Of a stretch of 37,479 nucleotides of DNA, positions 1-10,799 are shown piece after piece. Below the pieces are notes generated by a model. The model was not told where the DNA came from and searched no databases. It was given only the letters and a program-made list of their open reading frames with translations. Each line of letters starts with the position of its first letter. Position 1 is the first letter of the stretch. Source of the DNA: Betaproteobacteria bacterium (lineage in GTDB: Bacteria > Pseudomonadota > Gammaproteobacteria > Burkholderiales > SG8-41); contig JAYUYQ010000042.1 of the NCBI GenBank assembly GCA_043752435.1, positions 1-37,479 of the forward strand. Direction: 5' to 3'. The position numbers were made by a program, and so were the translations under genes.

Positions 1-1091
<1,091 letters not shown>

Positions 1092-1110
1092 CTAAATCAA
1101 AATTTCGTCA

Positions 1111-1137
1111 AACAATCAGATTTTGTAACAATCAGAT
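1111..1137. repeat. 11-nt direct repeat AACAATCAGAT x2 (period 16) in the atpG-atpD spacer
   Basis: Copies read directly at 1111-1121 and 1127-1137, separated by TTTGT. On the mRNA strand the repeat is ATCTGATTGTT. Confidence 0.8.
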
Positions 1138-1149
1138 CACGCGGCAGCA

Positions 1150-2013
1150 TCAAACCGCAGCTGCGCCGGCGACAATCTCCGACAACTCTTTGGTAATCGA
1201 AGCCTGTCGCGACTTGTTGTAAATCAGTGTTAATTCGTCGATCACTTTGCCGGCGTTGTCCGAGGCTGACTTCATCGCCACCATGCGCGCCGATTGTTCG
1301 GAGGCCATGTTCTCGGCCACACCCTGATAGATCAGCGCCTCGACATAACGAGTCAGCACCTGGTCGAGAACCGATTTGGCGTCCGGCTCATAGATGTAAT
1401 CCCAGGAACCTTCAGGCACGCCCAGCGTATCACCCGACAATGGCAGCAACTGTTCGACCACCGCCTCCTGTTTCATGGTGTTGACGAACTTGGTATAAAT
1501 AATGAGCAGCCGGTCAAAACGATCCTGCGTATAACCGTCGAGCATCACCTTCAGCGCGCCGATCAGCTTGTCCATCTGCGGCTTGTCGCCGAGACCTGTG
1601 ACCTGTGCTACCACGTTGGCCCCGAGCCGCTGCATAAACCCCAGGCCTTTGTTGCCGAGCGTGCAGACTTCGATCTCTTCGCCCAGCGCTTCCCATTCCT
1701 TGATTTTGTTCAACGCCAGCCGCAGGGCGTTGGTATTCAAACCACCGCACAAACCCTTGTCGGTGGTGACCACGATCAGGCCGATGCGCTGGACCGAGTC
1801 GCGCGAAACCAGGAAGGGATGGCGGTATTCCGGATTGGCATGGCTGATATGCGCAGCAACGTTACGGATTTTTTCGCCGTACGGCCGCGACATGCGCATG
1901 CGTTCCTGCGCGCGACGCATTTTCGAGGCCGCGACCATTTCCATCGCCTTGGTGATCTTGCGCGTGTTTTGCACGCTCTTGATCTTGGTACGAATTTCCT
2001 TCGAGCCGGCCAT
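1150..2013 (-). CDS. atpG: F1 ATP synthase gamma subunit
   Basis: 287-aa ORF starting [36 protein letters not shown] and ending ...[15 protein letters not shown], a typical gamma-subunit signature. It lies between atpA and atpD. Confidence 0.97.
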   Translation of the reverse strand: MAGSKEIRTKIKSVQNTRKITKAMEMVAASKMRRAQERMRMSRPYGEKIRNVAAHISHANPEYRHPFLVSRDSVQRIGLIVVTTDKGLCGGLNTNALRLALNKIKEWEALGEEIEVCTLGNKGLGFMQRLGANVVAQVTGLGDKPQMDKLIGALKVMLDGYTQDRFDRLLIIYTKFVNTMKQEAVVEQLLPLSGDTLGVPEGSWDYIYEPDAKSVLDQVLTRYVEALIYQGVAENMASEQSARMVAMKSASDNAGKVIDELTLIYNKSRQASITKELSEIVAGAAAV

Positions 2014-2075
2014 ATTATAAGCTGTTGATTTTAAATAATTATTTAATCAATTAGGGGCGAACTTATTGCAACTTA

Positions 2076-3617
2076 TCAATACGAACCGTTCTGCTTCCAG
2101 TCCTTGATCGCCGCCGTCAACAGCGCTTCGTCATCTTTGGACAGGTCTTTGGTGTCTTCAATGCGTTTCACCAGATCGCCGAACTTGGCCTTGATGTAAT
2201 CGCGCATCGAACGTTCGGCCGCCAGCGCCTTTTTGACGTCTACATCGTCGAGGTAGCCGCCGCTGACCGCAAACAGTGTCAACGCCATTTCCCACACTTG
2301 CAGCGGTTCGTACTGCGGCTGTTTCATCAGTTCCGTGACCAGACGACCGCGCTCCAGCTGCTTGCGGGTGGCTTCGTCGAGGTCGGATGCGAACTGCGCG
2401 AAGGCTGCGAGTTCGCGGTACTGCGCCAGCGCCAGGCGCACGCCGCCGCCCAGCTTCTTGATGACCTTGGTCTGCGCAGCGCCACCGACGCGCGACACCG
2501 AAATACCGGCGTTGATTGCAGGACGAATACCGGCGTTGAACAAGTCGGTTTCGAGGAAGATCTGGCCGTCGGTGATCGAGATCACGTTGGTCGGCACAAA
2601 CGCCGTCACGTCGCCGGCCTGGGTTTCAATGACCGGCAGCGCGGTCAGCGAACCAGTTTTGCCCTTGACGGCGCCTTTAGTAAATTTTTCGACATATTCT
2701 TCATTGACCCGCGCCGCACGCTCCAGCAACCGCGAGTGTAGGTAGAACACATCGCCAGGGTAGGCTTCGCGGCCGGGTGGCCGGCGCAGCAACAGCGACA
2801 CCTGGCGATAAGCCCAGGCCTGCTTGGTCAAGTCGTCGTAAATAATCAGTGCGTCCTGACCACGGTCACGGAAATATTCGCCCATGGTGCAGCCGGAGTA
2901 GGGCGCGATGAACTGCATCGCGGCGGACTCGGAGGCCGTTGCAGCAACGACGATGGTGTATTCCATCGCGCCGTGTTCTTCGAGCTTGCGCACCACGTTT
3001 TTGACCGACGATGCCTTCTGGCCGATCGCAACGTAAATGCAAAACAGATCCTTGCCCTTCTGGTTGATGATCGCGTCCAGCGCCACCGCGGTCTTGCCGG
3101 TCTGGCGGTCGCCGATGATCAGTTCGCGCTGGCCGCGGCCGACGGGTACCATGGCATCGATCGATTTCAGCCCGGTCTGCACCGGCTGCGACACCGATTT
3201 ACGCTCAATCACGCCCGGCGCCACTTTTTCGATGACGTCCGTCATCTTGGCGTTAATCGGGCCCTTGCCATCGATCGGCTCGCCGAGTGAATTCACCACG
3301 CGACCGATCAACTCCGGACCCACTGGCACTTCGAGAATGCGACCCGTGGTTTTCACGATGTCGCCCTCGGAAATGTGCTCGTAGGCACCCAGAATCACCG
3401 CGCCGACCGAATCACGTTCAAGGTTCAGCGCAAGGCCGAAGGTGTTCTTCGGGAATTCCAGCATTTCGCCCTGCATCACGTCTGCCAGACCATGGATGCG
3501 GCAGATGCCGTCGGTCACCGAAATCACCGTGCCCTGGGTGCGCACTTCAGCATTGCCGCCCAGATTCTGAATCCGGCTCTTGATGAGTTCGCTGATCTCG
3601 GAAGGATTGAGTTGCAT
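2076..3617 (-). CDS. atpA: F1 ATP synthase alpha subunit
   Basis: 513-aa ORF starting [16 protein letters not shown], with Walker A GDRQTGKT. Full-length alpha-subunit architecture. Confidence 0.98.
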   Translation of the reverse strand: MQLNPSEISELIKSRIQNLGGNAEVRTQGTVISVTDGICRIHGLADVMQGEMLEFPKNTFGLALNLERDSVGAVILGAYEHISEGDIVKTTGRILEVPVGPELIGRVVNSLGEPIDGKGPINAKMTDVIEKVAPGVIERKSVSQPVQTGLKSIDAMVPVGRGQRELIIGDRQTGKTAVALDAIINQKGKDLFCIYVAIGQKASSVKNVVRKLEEHGAMEYTIVVAATASESAAMQFIAPYSGCTMGEYFRDRGQDALIIYDDLTKQAWAYRQVSLLLRRPPGREAYPGDVFYLHSRLLERAARVNEEYVEKFTKGAVKGKTGSLTALPVIETQAGDVTAFVPTNVISITDGQIFLETDLFNAGIRPAINAGISVSRVGGAAQTKVIKKLGGGVRLALAQYRELAAFAQFASDLDEATRKQLERGRLVTELMKQPQYEPLQVWEMALTLFAVSGGYLDDVDVKKALAAERSMRDYIKAKFGDLVKRIEDTKDLSKDDEALLTAAIKDWKQNGSY

Positions 3618-3626
3618 GTGTTACTC

Positions 3627-4175
3627 CTAGTGGGTAAGCGCGGTGGCCATCGCATCTAGCCTGCCACGCACCGTTGCATCGATGACTTTGTCGCCGACGA
3701 CGATTTTCACGCCGCCGATCAATTGCGGATCAATCTCGACCTTCGCCGTGATCTTCCGCTTGAATTTGGTTTCCAGCGTGGCCACCAGCGCCTTTAACTG
3801 CTCGGCGCTGATCGGCAATGCTGAAATCACGCTCGCTTCGAGGGTGCCTTCATGCTCGCGTTTGAGGCTTTCGTAAACACCGCGGATATGCGGCATCAGT
3901 TCCAGCCGGCCATTCTGCACCAGCACCTGGATGAAGTTGCGCGCCTCGTTGGCGACACCAGCATCGAGTTTGTCGCCGATCACGCCCAGCACCAACCCTT
4001 CGAGCTGCTGAGCGCTGACGTTCGGATCACTGATGATGGCCTGCACGCGAGTGTCGCCAACCACGGCATCGAGATTGGCCAGCGCATCCGCCCACTGCGC
4101 CAGCGCGTTTTTCTCGCGGGCGAGTTTATACACCGCTTCAGCGTAGGGTCGCGCGATGGTTACCGGTTCAGCCAT
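3627..4175 (-). CDS. atpH: F1 ATP synthase delta (OSCP) subunit
   Basis: 182-aa ORF starting MAEPVTIARPYAEAVYKLA. Its size and its position between atpF and atpA fit the delta subunit. Confidence 0.93.
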   Translation of the reverse strand: MAEPVTIARPYAEAVYKLAREKNALAQWADALANLDAVVGDTRVQAIISDPNVSAQQLEGLVLGVIGDKLDAGVANEARNFIQVLVQNGRLELMPHIRGVYESLKREHEGTLEASVISALPISAEQLKALVATLETKFKRKITAKVEIDPQLIGGVKIVVGDKVIDATVRGRLDAMATALTH

Positions 4176-4214
4176 GGTTTTCCGTATTTATCCCGCATTT
4201 ATCCGTATATATCT

Positions 4215-4247
4215 CTTACTATTTCTTCTTACTGTTTCTTCTTACAG
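4215..4247. repeat. 13-nt tandem repeat (about 2.5 copies) that includes the atpF stop codon
   Basis: The plus strand reads CTTACTATTTCTT / CTTACTGTTTCTT / CTTACAG. On the mRNA strand this is CTG TAA GAAGAAACAG TAA GAAGAAATAG TAA G, so TAA recurs every 13 nt and falls in all three frames. Confidence 0.85.
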
Positions 4248-4712
4248 TTGACGCTGCATGGCCGCGAGCATCTCGGCATGCGCCTTGGCATCAACTTCGC
4301 GCTTGAGGATTTGTTCAGCACCGGCCACGGCCAGCGTGGCCACCTGCGTGCGCAGCATTTCCTTGGCGCGCGAAACTTCCTGCTCGATCTCGGCCTTGGC
4401 GCCGGCGACCAGCCGGTCACCTTCAACCTTGGCCGTGGATTTCGCCTCTTCGATCATCTGGCTGACCCGTTTCTCGGCCTGCGCGACGATCTCACTGGCG
4501 CGACCGCGCGCCTGTGCGATTGCCGCATCAGCATCCTTTGCTGCACGCTCCAGCGACTGCCGGCCTTCTTCGCCGGCGGCCAGTCCGTCGGCTATCTGCT
4601 TCTGACGGGCTTCCAGCGCTCGGATCAGCGGCGGCCAGATGAACTTGGCACAAAACAGGATGAAAACGAAAAACGTGATTGCCTGCGCAATCATCGTGAC
4701 GTTCAGGTTCAT
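4242..4712 (-). CDS. atpF: Fo ATP synthase subunit b
   Basis: 156-aa ORF with an N-terminal TM helix ([29 protein letters not shown]) followed by a long charged Ala/Glu/Lys-rich helix. Position matches the operon order. Confidence 0.95.
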   Translation of the reverse strand: MNLNVTMIAQAITFFVFILFCAKFIWPPLIRALEARQKQIADGLAAGEEGRQSLERAAKDADAAIAQARGRASEIVAQAEKRVSQMIEEAKSTAKVEGDRLVAGAKAEIEQEVSRAKEMLRTQVATLAVAGAEQILKREVDAKAHAEMLAAMQRQL

Positions 4713-4782
4713 GACTTTCCCCTACGGACAGCGGTTCGTAACAACCTTTACCTTGCTTGCTTATTGAAAATTGCATAAATAA

Positions 4783-4820
4783 TGACAAAAACATGCCTCT
4801 GGCGAGGCTGTCATGTTTTT
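4783..4820 (-). terminator. Hairpin plus U-tract just downstream of atpE; candidate leaky intra-operon terminator or mRNA stabiliser
   Basis: The mRNA strand reads AAAAACAT[GACA]GCCTC-GCCA-GAGGC-ATGTTTTT, then GTCATT. The 5-bp GC stem extends into an 8-bp A/U stem with a 4-nt bulge. It starts about 18 nt after the atpE stop (4839-4841), inside an unusually long 126-nt atpE-atpF spacer. Confidence 0.4.
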
Positions 4821-4838
4821 GGAAAAATCAATAGTTCA

Positions 4839-5129
<291 letters not shown>

Positions 5130-5154
5130 CTATCAAATAAAAACGGTGGCTTGG

Positions 5155-5961
5155 TTAATGACTTTCGTGCGCCATCGCCATATAGACGGCGGTGAGCATC
5201 ATGAAAATGTAGGCCTGCAGCACAACAATCAGAATGTGGAAAATTGCCCACCCCAGCGCCAGCACGCCGCCGAACATCGAACCTACCAATCCTGTCGCAG
5301 CCCACATCCACAGCAGCATGAATATGATTTCACCGGCGTAAATGTTGCCGTAAAGCCGCAGCGAATGGGACAGCGGCTTCGAAATATATTCAACGAGGTT
5401 GAACAGGAAATTGAAAATCCACAGCAGCGGGTGGCCACCGAACGGCGTGCAGAACAGTTCATGGGTCCAGCCGCCGATCCCTTTGACCTTGACGTTGTAG
5501 AACAGCATCAGCAGCCAAACCGACAGCGCCAGCGCGAAGGTGGTGTTGATGTCGGAAGTCGGCACCGGTTTCCATTCATGCTGCTGCAGCACATTGCCGG
5601 TAAACCACGCCACCAGATCGACCGGGATAAAATCCATGGCGTTCATCAGTAGCACCCAGACGAACACCGTCAGCGCCAGCGGCCCGACAAAAGCACGGTT
5701 GCCGTGGAAAATGCCTTTGACCTGATCATCGACGAATTCGATCAGCATTTCGACGAAGGCCTGGCGCTTGTTTGGCACGCCGGCAGTGGCGCCACGCACC
5801 ACCCACCACAGCAGGCCGAAGCCGATGACGCCAAGCGTGAACGCGGTCAGGAACGTATCAAGATGCAGCGTCCAGAACGGGCTATCGCCCAAGGAAACCG
5901 TACGGTTGGTCAGGTGGTGACCAATATAGCTGGTCGGCGTCAGTTCCTGTCCTGCGGCCAT
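5155..5961 (-). CDS. atpB: Fo ATP synthase subunit a
   Basis: 268-aa polytopic membrane protein containing ...[17 protein letters not shown]..., which carries the conserved Arg of subunit a. Confidence 0.96.
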   Translation of the reverse strand: MAAGQELTPTSYIGHHLTNRTVSLGDSPFWTLHLDTFLTAFTLGVIGFGLLWWVVRGATAGVPNKRQAFVEMLIEFVDDQVKGIFHGNRAFVGPLALTVFVWVLLMNAMDFIPVDLVAWFTGNVLQQHEWKPVPTSDINTTFALALSVWLLMLFYNVKVKGIGGWTHELFCTPFGGHPLLWIFNFLFNLVEYISKPLSHSLRLYGNIYAGEIIFMLLWMWAATGLVGSMFGGVLALGWAIFHILIVVLQAYIFMMLTAVYMAMAHESH

Positions 5962-5990
5962 CTCTGCTTGCCCCTGATACGATTAACGAC

Positions 5991-6359
5991 TTATTCTTTG
6001 ACCAAAATCGCCATTCGGAACACCACCACCGAAACAGCGAACGCTATGAAAAACACCGGATGCACGACCGCTTTGTAGGTCGTCAGGACCCATCCCATCT
6101 GCAACACGATCAAAATGATGCGGGCCGCTTCGGCCCGGAACAGCGCACGCAAGGTATTGCCCGCTGTCCTGACTCTGCTACCGGAGACCAGCACCGCGTA
6201 AGCCAAATCCGCGATCTGGTTGAGGATGCCTCCCAGCACCGCTGAAACCGCGCCATGCACGCCGAACAACAGTCCTGCCAGCAGCCCCAATCCCGCGGTG
6301 GCATAAATCTGCCAGCGCATGGCGCTGCGCATGGGCTTGCTGTCGATGCGTAATAACAC
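5991..6359 (-). CDS. atpI: ATP synthase protein I (AtpI-like small membrane protein)
   Basis: 122-aa hydrophobic ORF directly upstream of atpB. The start is GTG at 6359. Alternative ATG starts lie at 6332 and 6320. Confidence 0.75.
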   Translation of the reverse strand: MLLRIDSKPMRSAMRWQIYATAGLGLLAGLLFGVHGAVSAVLGGILNQIADLAYAVLVSGSRVRTAGNTLRALFRAEAARIILIVLQMGWVLTTYKAVVHPVFFIAFAVSVVVFRMAILVKE

Positions 6360-6384
6360 CCGGACGGCCCCTGCAAACCGTGGA

Positions 6385-6414
6385 ATTTTAATGGTTAGGC
6401 CGCTACCGCGTCAA
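6385..6414 (-). promoter_or_regulatory. Candidate sigma70 promoter of the atp operon
   Basis: The minus strand reads TTGACG (6414-6409), an 18-nt spacer, then TAAAAT (6390-6385). This places it about 25 nt upstream of the atpI GTG, in the 74-nt gap after parB. Confidence 0.4.
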
Positions 6415-6433
6415 ACCATTCTGCGCCGCACCA

Positions 6434-7300
6434 TTAACGCTTCTCGCCCGTAAGCCGGGTAATCAGCCCGTCCAGCTGGTCGAGGCTGCCGTAGTCGATC
6501 ACCAAACTGCCCTTGCCTTTGCGTTTGGCCTTTATCTGCACGCGGGTACCCAGCTTCTCGGCCAGGGTTTCCTGCAGGCGTAACACATCGCGGTCTGCGG
6601 CCGGTCGGGTGCGGGCACCGCTGCGCGCAGTCAGCATTGCCGCGACGCGCTGCTCGACCTCGCGCACTGACAGGCCTTTGGCGGCAGCTTCGTTGGCCAG
6701 TTCGACCTGGCGCACCGCCGGCAGGGCCAGCAGCGCGCGCGCATGGCCCATTTCGATGCGCCCTTCGCCGAGTAGCGTTTTGACCGGCGGTGCCAGTTCC
6801 AGCAGGCGCAGCAGGTTGGTCACGGCCGCGCGCGATTTGCCAATGGCATCGGCCACCGCCTGATGGGTCAATGCGAATTCATTGATCAGGCGCTCGATAC
6901 CGGTGGCTTCTTCCAGTGAATTGAGGTCTTCGCGCTGGATGTTTTCAATTAACGCCACCGCCAGCGCCTGCTGGTCGGGCACATCACGCACCAGCACCGG
7001 CACGCTGCTCAACCCGGCGATGCGCGCGGCGCGCCAGCGTCGTTCACCGGCGATGATTTCATGGTTGCCGCCGCCCACTGGCCGCACCAGGATCGGTTGC
7101 ATGATGCCCTGGGCTTTGATCGACACCGCCAGCGCATTTAACGCGTCTTGGTCCATCCGCGAACGCGGCTGGTATTTGCCCGGCTGCAGCGCAGCAATCG
7201 GCAAAGTGGTGACAGCATTACCGCTGCTGGCGCGCGGCGACGCTGTATCGCCACCGAGCAGGGCATCGAGGCCGCGCCCCAACCCTTTGAGCTTAACCAT
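6434..7300 (-). CDS. parB: Chromosome partitioning protein ParB (Spo0J family)
   Basis: 288-aa ORF starting MVKLKGLGRGLDALLG, with IIAGERRWRAA and an HTH region. Confidence 0.97.
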   Translation of the reverse strand: MVKLKGLGRGLDALLGGDTASPRASSGNAVTTLPIAALQPGKYQPRSRMDQDALNALAVSIKAQGIMQPILVRPVGGGNHEIIAGERRWRAARIAGLSSVPVLVRDVPDQQALAVALIENIQREDLNSLEEATGIERLINEFALTHQAVADAIGKSRAAVTNLLRLLELAPPVKTLLGEGRIEMGHARALLALPAVRQVELANEAAAKGLSVREVEQRVAAMLTARSGARTRPAADRDVLRLQETLAEKLGTRVQIKAKRKGKGSLVIDYGSLDQLDGLITRLTGEKR

Positions 7301-7330
7301 AAAAATCCTTTAAAATCAAATGCTTACGAT

Positions 7331-8101
7331 TCATGTGACTTTAGCGCTGCGGTTCAGCAGCTCACCGGCCAGCGCCAGGTAGGCTTGCGCGCCCTTCGAG
7401 GGACGATCGAACTCCAGCGCCGACAATCCATGGCTGGGCGCTTCCGCCAATCGCACATTGCGCGGAATCACCGTGCGATACACCTTGTCGCCGAAGTGTT
7501 GCATCAATTGCGCGGACACCTGTTGCGCCAGCGTATTACGCGGGTCGTACATGGTGCGCAGCAGGCCTTCGATTTCCAGATCGGGATTCAGGTGTTCGCG
7601 CACGCGCTTGATGGTGCTGACCAGATCCGACAACCCTTCCAGCGCGTAGTACTCGCACTGCATCGGAATCATCACGGCCTGTGCTGCCGTCAGTCCGTTC
7701 ACCGTCAGCAGGTTCAGTGCCGGCGGACAATCGATCAGGATGAAATCGTAATCGGCAGCAACCGTCTGCAGCGCTTCCTTCAATCGGGTTTCGCGGTGAT
7801 CGATGTCGACCAACTCGATTTCGGCGCCGGCCAGTTCGCGGTTCGACGGCAACACGTCGTAACCTGCCGCTGCACGCTGGAGTGCTTCGGCAATCTGTTT
7901 TTCACCCAGCAGTACGTGGTACACCGTCACCGGCAGGCTGCGCTTGTCAATACCGCTGCCCATAGTCGCATTGCCCTGCGGATCGAGATCGACCAGCAGC
8001 ACGCGGCGATGCGTCGCGGCGAGGCTCGCCGCCAGATTGACGCCGGTGGTGGTTTTACCGACGCCGCCTTTCTGGTTGGTAATGGCAATGATGCGGGTCA
8101 T
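7331..8101 (-). CDS. parA: Chromosome partitioning ATPase ParA/Soj
   Basis: The track ORF runs to 8131. I trimmed it to the ATG at 8101 (MTRIIAITNQKGGVGKTT, deviant Walker A). That start leaves a 4-nt gap after the rsmG stop instead of an overlap. Confidence 0.95.
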   Translation of the reverse strand: MTRIIAITNQKGGVGKTTTGVNLAASLAATHRRVLLVDLDPQGNATMGSGIDKRSLPVTVYHVLLGEKQIAEALQRAAAGYDVLPSNRELAGAEIELVDIDHRETRLKEALQTVAADYDFILIDCPPALNLLTVNGLTAAQAVMIPMQCEYYALEGLSDLVSTIKRVREHLNPDLEIEGLLRTMYDPRNTLAQQVSAQLMQHFGDKVYRTVIPRNVRLAEAPSHGLSALEFDRPSKGAQAYLALAGELLNRSAKVT

Positions 8102-8105
8102 AGCA

Positions 8106-8729
8106 TCAAACTGGCTGCAGTACTGCAGCATGGCGCTCCGCGCCCAGTCCCGGCACGTTCAGCGACACCACGTTGCATAACTGGAAGTTCTTGGGCACCT
8201 GGGCCAGCTCCTCATGCGGATAAATACCTTTCATCGCCACGACCACGCCGGTTTTGGCGCACAACCTTCCGGCCAAACTCAGAAATTCCGGCAAGTCTGA
8301 AAATGCGCGCGACACCACGGTGTCGAACGGCTGCGGTGATGTCCAGGTCTCGACGCGATCACAAACCACATCGACATTGGTCAGCTTGAGTTCAATCATC
8401 GCCTGACGCAGAAAGGTGGTTTTTTTATGATTCGAATCGAGCAGGGTGAGCCTCCATTTCGGTTGCGCCAAGGCCAGCGGAATGCCGGGCAGTCCAGCAC
8501 CGCTGCCGACATCAAGCACACGCAGGCCCCGTACATGCGGTAACACCGACAGCGAATCGAGCAGGTGATGCGTCAGCATTTTCGCCGGCTGGCGCACGGC
8601 GGTCAGGTTGTAAGCCTTGTTCCATTTTTCGATCAGCAGCAGATAATCAAGCATGCGCTGCTGCGCATCGGGCGAGATATCCAATTCCAGTGCGGCGATG
8701 CCTGCAGCCAGCTCACCAGCGAGACTCAT
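8106..8729 (-). CDS. rsmG: 16S rRNA m7G527 methyltransferase RsmG (GidB)
   Basis: 207-aa ORF with the SAM-binding motif [16 protein letters not shown]. Its ATG overlaps the mnmG stop (ATGA). Confidence 0.95.
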   Translation of the reverse strand: MSLAGELAAGIAALELDISPDAQQRMLDYLLLIEKWNKAYNLTAVRQPAKMLTHHLLDSLSVLPHVRGLRVLDVGSGAGLPGIPLALAQPKWRLTLLDSNHKKTTFLRQAMIELKLTNVDVVCDRVETWTSPQPFDTVVSRAFSDLPEFLSLAGRLCAKTGVVVAMKGIYPHEELAQVPKNFQLCNVVSLNVPGLGAERHAAVLQPV

Positions 8730-10621
8730 GCGCTTTTCTGCAATGCGCCGTGCGCGTGTTTCAGATGCACCAGCAACACCGAAATCGCCGCCGGCGTGAC
8801 ACCGGAAATGCGTGAGGCCTGGCCGATGGTTTCGGGTTTTGCACGATTGAGTTTTTGCTGGACTTCGATCGACAGACTGCGTACCTGCGCGTAATCGAGA
8901 TCCGCCGGCAAGCGCAGATCGTCCTGTTGCGCGCGATGTTCGATTTCTGTTTTCTGGCGTTCGATGTAGCCCTGATACTTGGCCTGGATTTCCACCTGCT
9001 CGGCCACCTGTACATTGGCAACTCCCGGACCTGCGCCCGGCAGGGTCATCAGCGCGGTGTAAGTCAACTCCGGACGCCGCAGCAGATCTGCAAGTGAATG
9101 CTCACGTTCAAGCGGTTTACCAAGCAGCTGTGTCGCCTGTTCGGCAGCCAGTATTTGCGGGTTCACCCAGACTGATTTCAGCCGTTCCTGCTCCTCGGCA
9201 ATTGCGTCGCGTTTACGTGCAAACACCTCCCAACGCTGGTCATCCACCACACCCAGGCGCCGCCCGGTTTCGGTCAGGCGCAAATCGGCGTTGTCTTCGC
9301 GCAGGGACAAACGATATTCAGCGCGGCTGGTGAACATGCGATACGGCTCGGATACACCGCGGGTGATCAGGTCGTCGACCAGCACGCCCAGATACGCCTG
9401 ATCACGCGTCGGCGACCAGGCTGCTTTTCCGCTGACTTGCAACGCGGCATTGATGCCCGCCAGCAAACCCTGCGCCGCAGCTTCTTCATAACCCGTGGTG
9501 CCGTTGATCTGGCCGGCAAAAAACAAGCCGGCGATGGTCTTGGTTTCCAGTGACGCTTTTAGCCCAATAGGATCGAAATAATCGTACTCAATGGCGTAAC
9601 CCGGCCGCGTGATGTGCGCGTGTTCCAGTCCCTGGATCGAGCGCACGACCGCGAGCTGCACGTCGAACGGCAGACTGGTCGATATGCCGTTGGGATAATA
9701 CTCGGAGACCGTCAGGCCTTCGGGTTCGAGAAAAATCTGGTGTGATGACTTGTCGGCGAAGCGATGGATCTTGTCTTCGATCGACGGACAGTAACGCGGA
9801 CCGACACCTTCGATGACGCCGGTGAACATCGGCGAGCGATCGAGTCCGCTGCGAATGGCATCGTGCGTGCGCTCATTGGTGTGGGTGATCCAGCACGACA
9901 TCTGCGCCGGATGCTGTTCGCGGCGACCGAGGAATGAAAACACCGGCGCCGGGTCATCGCCCGGTTGTTCGGTGAGTTGCGCAAAATCAATAGTACGGCC
10001 GTCGATGCGCGGTGGTGTTCCGGTTTTCAAACGGCCCACCGGAAGCTTCAGTTCGCGCAGCCGCGCAGCCAGGCTGACCGATGGCGGATCGCCGGCTCGG
10101 CCACCCTGATGATGTTCCAGACCGATATGGATCAGGCCGGACAGGAAAGTACCCGCAGTCAGCACCACGCTCTGTGCATCAAAGCGCAGACCGATCTGGG
10201 TCACAACACCAATCACCCGATCACCCTGCACTACCAGATCGTCTACGGCTTGCTGGAATACCAGCAGATTGACTTGCTGCTCGATGCGGCCACGGATGGC
10301 GCGGCGATACAGCACGCGATCCGCCTGGGCCCGGGTGGCCCGCACCGCAGGGCCTTTGCGTGAGTTGAGGATGCGAAACTGGATGCCCGCTTCGTCCGTC
10401 GCGGCCGCCATGGCTCCACCCAGCGCATCGACTTCCTTGACCAGATGACCCTTGCCGATGCCGCCGATGGACGGATTGCAGGACATCTGGCCCAGCGTTT
10501 CGATACTGTGCGTCAGCAGCAGCGTACGGCAGCCCATGCGCGCGCTGGCGAGCGCCGCTTCGGCGCCGGCGTGACCGCCGCCGATGACAATTACATCAAA
10601 TTTTTCAGGGTATTGCGTCAT
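8726..10621 (-). CDS. mnmG: tRNA uridine-5-carboxymethylaminomethyl synthesis enzyme MnmG (GidA)
   Basis: The track ORF extends to 10741. I trimmed it to the ATG at 10621 ([28 protein letters not shown]-binding GxGxxG). The extra 40 codons run across a parS site and look non-coding. Confidence 0.95.
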   Translation of the reverse strand: MTQYPEKFDVIVIGGGHAGAEAALASARMGCRTLLLTHSIETLGQMSCNPSIGGIGKGHLVKEVDALGGAMAAATDEAGIQFRILNSRKGPAVRATRAQADRVLYRRAIRGRIEQQVNLLVFQQAVDDLVVQGDRVIGVVTQIGLRFDAQSVVLTAGTFLSGLIHIGLEHHQGGRAGDPPSVSLAARLRELKLPVGRLKTGTPPRIDGRTIDFAQLTEQPGDDPAPVFSFLGRREQHPAQMSCWITHTNERTHDAIRSGLDRSPMFTGVIEGVGPRYCPSIEDKIHRFADKSSHQIFLEPEGLTVSEYYPNGISTSLPFDVQLAVVRSIQGLEHAHITRPGYAIEYDYFDPIGLKASLETKTIAGLFFAGQINGTTGYEEAAAQGLLAGINAALQVSGKAAWSPTRDQAYLGVLVDDLITRGVSEPYRMFTSRAEYRLSLREDNADLRLTETGRRLGVVDDQRWEVFARKRDAIAEEQERLKSVWVNPQILAAEQATQLLGKPLEREHSLADLLRRPELTYTALMTLPGAGPGVANVQVAEQVEIQAKYQGYIERQKTEIEHRAQQDDLRLPADLDYAQVRSLSIEVQQKLNRAKPETIGQASRISGVTPAAISVLLVHLKHAHGALQKSA

Positions 10622-10723
10622 TTTGCGCCGCACTGCCGGGGAACCCAGGAGACTCCGGGGTCGGGCGCGCATGATAGCGTAATTTTGCTGTGCAGCGAAA
10701 GGTGCAGGCGCTGCCGAAAGGGA

Positions 10724-10739
10724 TGTTTCACGTGAAACC
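10724..10739. promoter_or_regulatory. parS: parS centromere-like ParB binding site, copy 1
   Basis: TGTTTCACGTGAAACC matches the canonical parS consensus TGTTNCACGTGAAACA at 15 of 16 positions. The core GTTTCACGTGAAAC (10725-10738) is a perfect 14-bp palindrome. Confidence 0.85.
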
Positions 10740-10771
10740 ACAGCTCAGAACGGCAGTCGCCGGCTCAGGAT

Positions 10772-10787
10772 TGTTTCACGTGAAACT
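10772..10787. promoter_or_regulatory. parS: parS centromere-like ParB binding site, copy 2
   Basis: TGTTTCACGTGAAACT, also 15 of 16 to the consensus. It lies 48 bp from copy 1 and 13 bp from the mnmE stop. Confidence 0.85.
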
Positions 10788-10799
10788 ACCGCCCGGCGC

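Noticed and set aside
3852-4778. 308-aa plus-strand ORF. Similar cases: 28264..29193 (-), 30536..31543 (-), 513..1196 (+), 1294..2028 (+), 10884..11681 (+)
   Set aside because: All are antisense to, or out of frame with, atp, ntrY, ntrX or mnmE genes that have unambiguous signatures. None shows any recognisable domain.
7148-8389. 413-aa plus-strand ORF
   Set aside because: It is antisense to parA and rsmG, both of which have strong family motifs. Its translation is Arg/Gln/His-rich and low in complexity, typical of a shadow ORF in GC-rich coding DNA.
10622-10741. 40-codon N-terminal extension of mnmG in the ORF track ([12 protein letters not shown]...)
   Set aside because: It starts at a non-ATG codon and runs across parS copy 1. 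It precedes a perfectly normal MnmG N-terminus, [19 protein letters not shown], at the ATG at 10621.
10622-10799. mnmG upstream spacer as oriC, by analogy with the E. coli gidA-mioC origin
   Set aside because: The spacer is GC-rich, with no AT-rich unwinding stretch and no 9-mer better than 6/9 to the DnaA box. The conspicuous palindromes are parS sites, not DnaA boxes.
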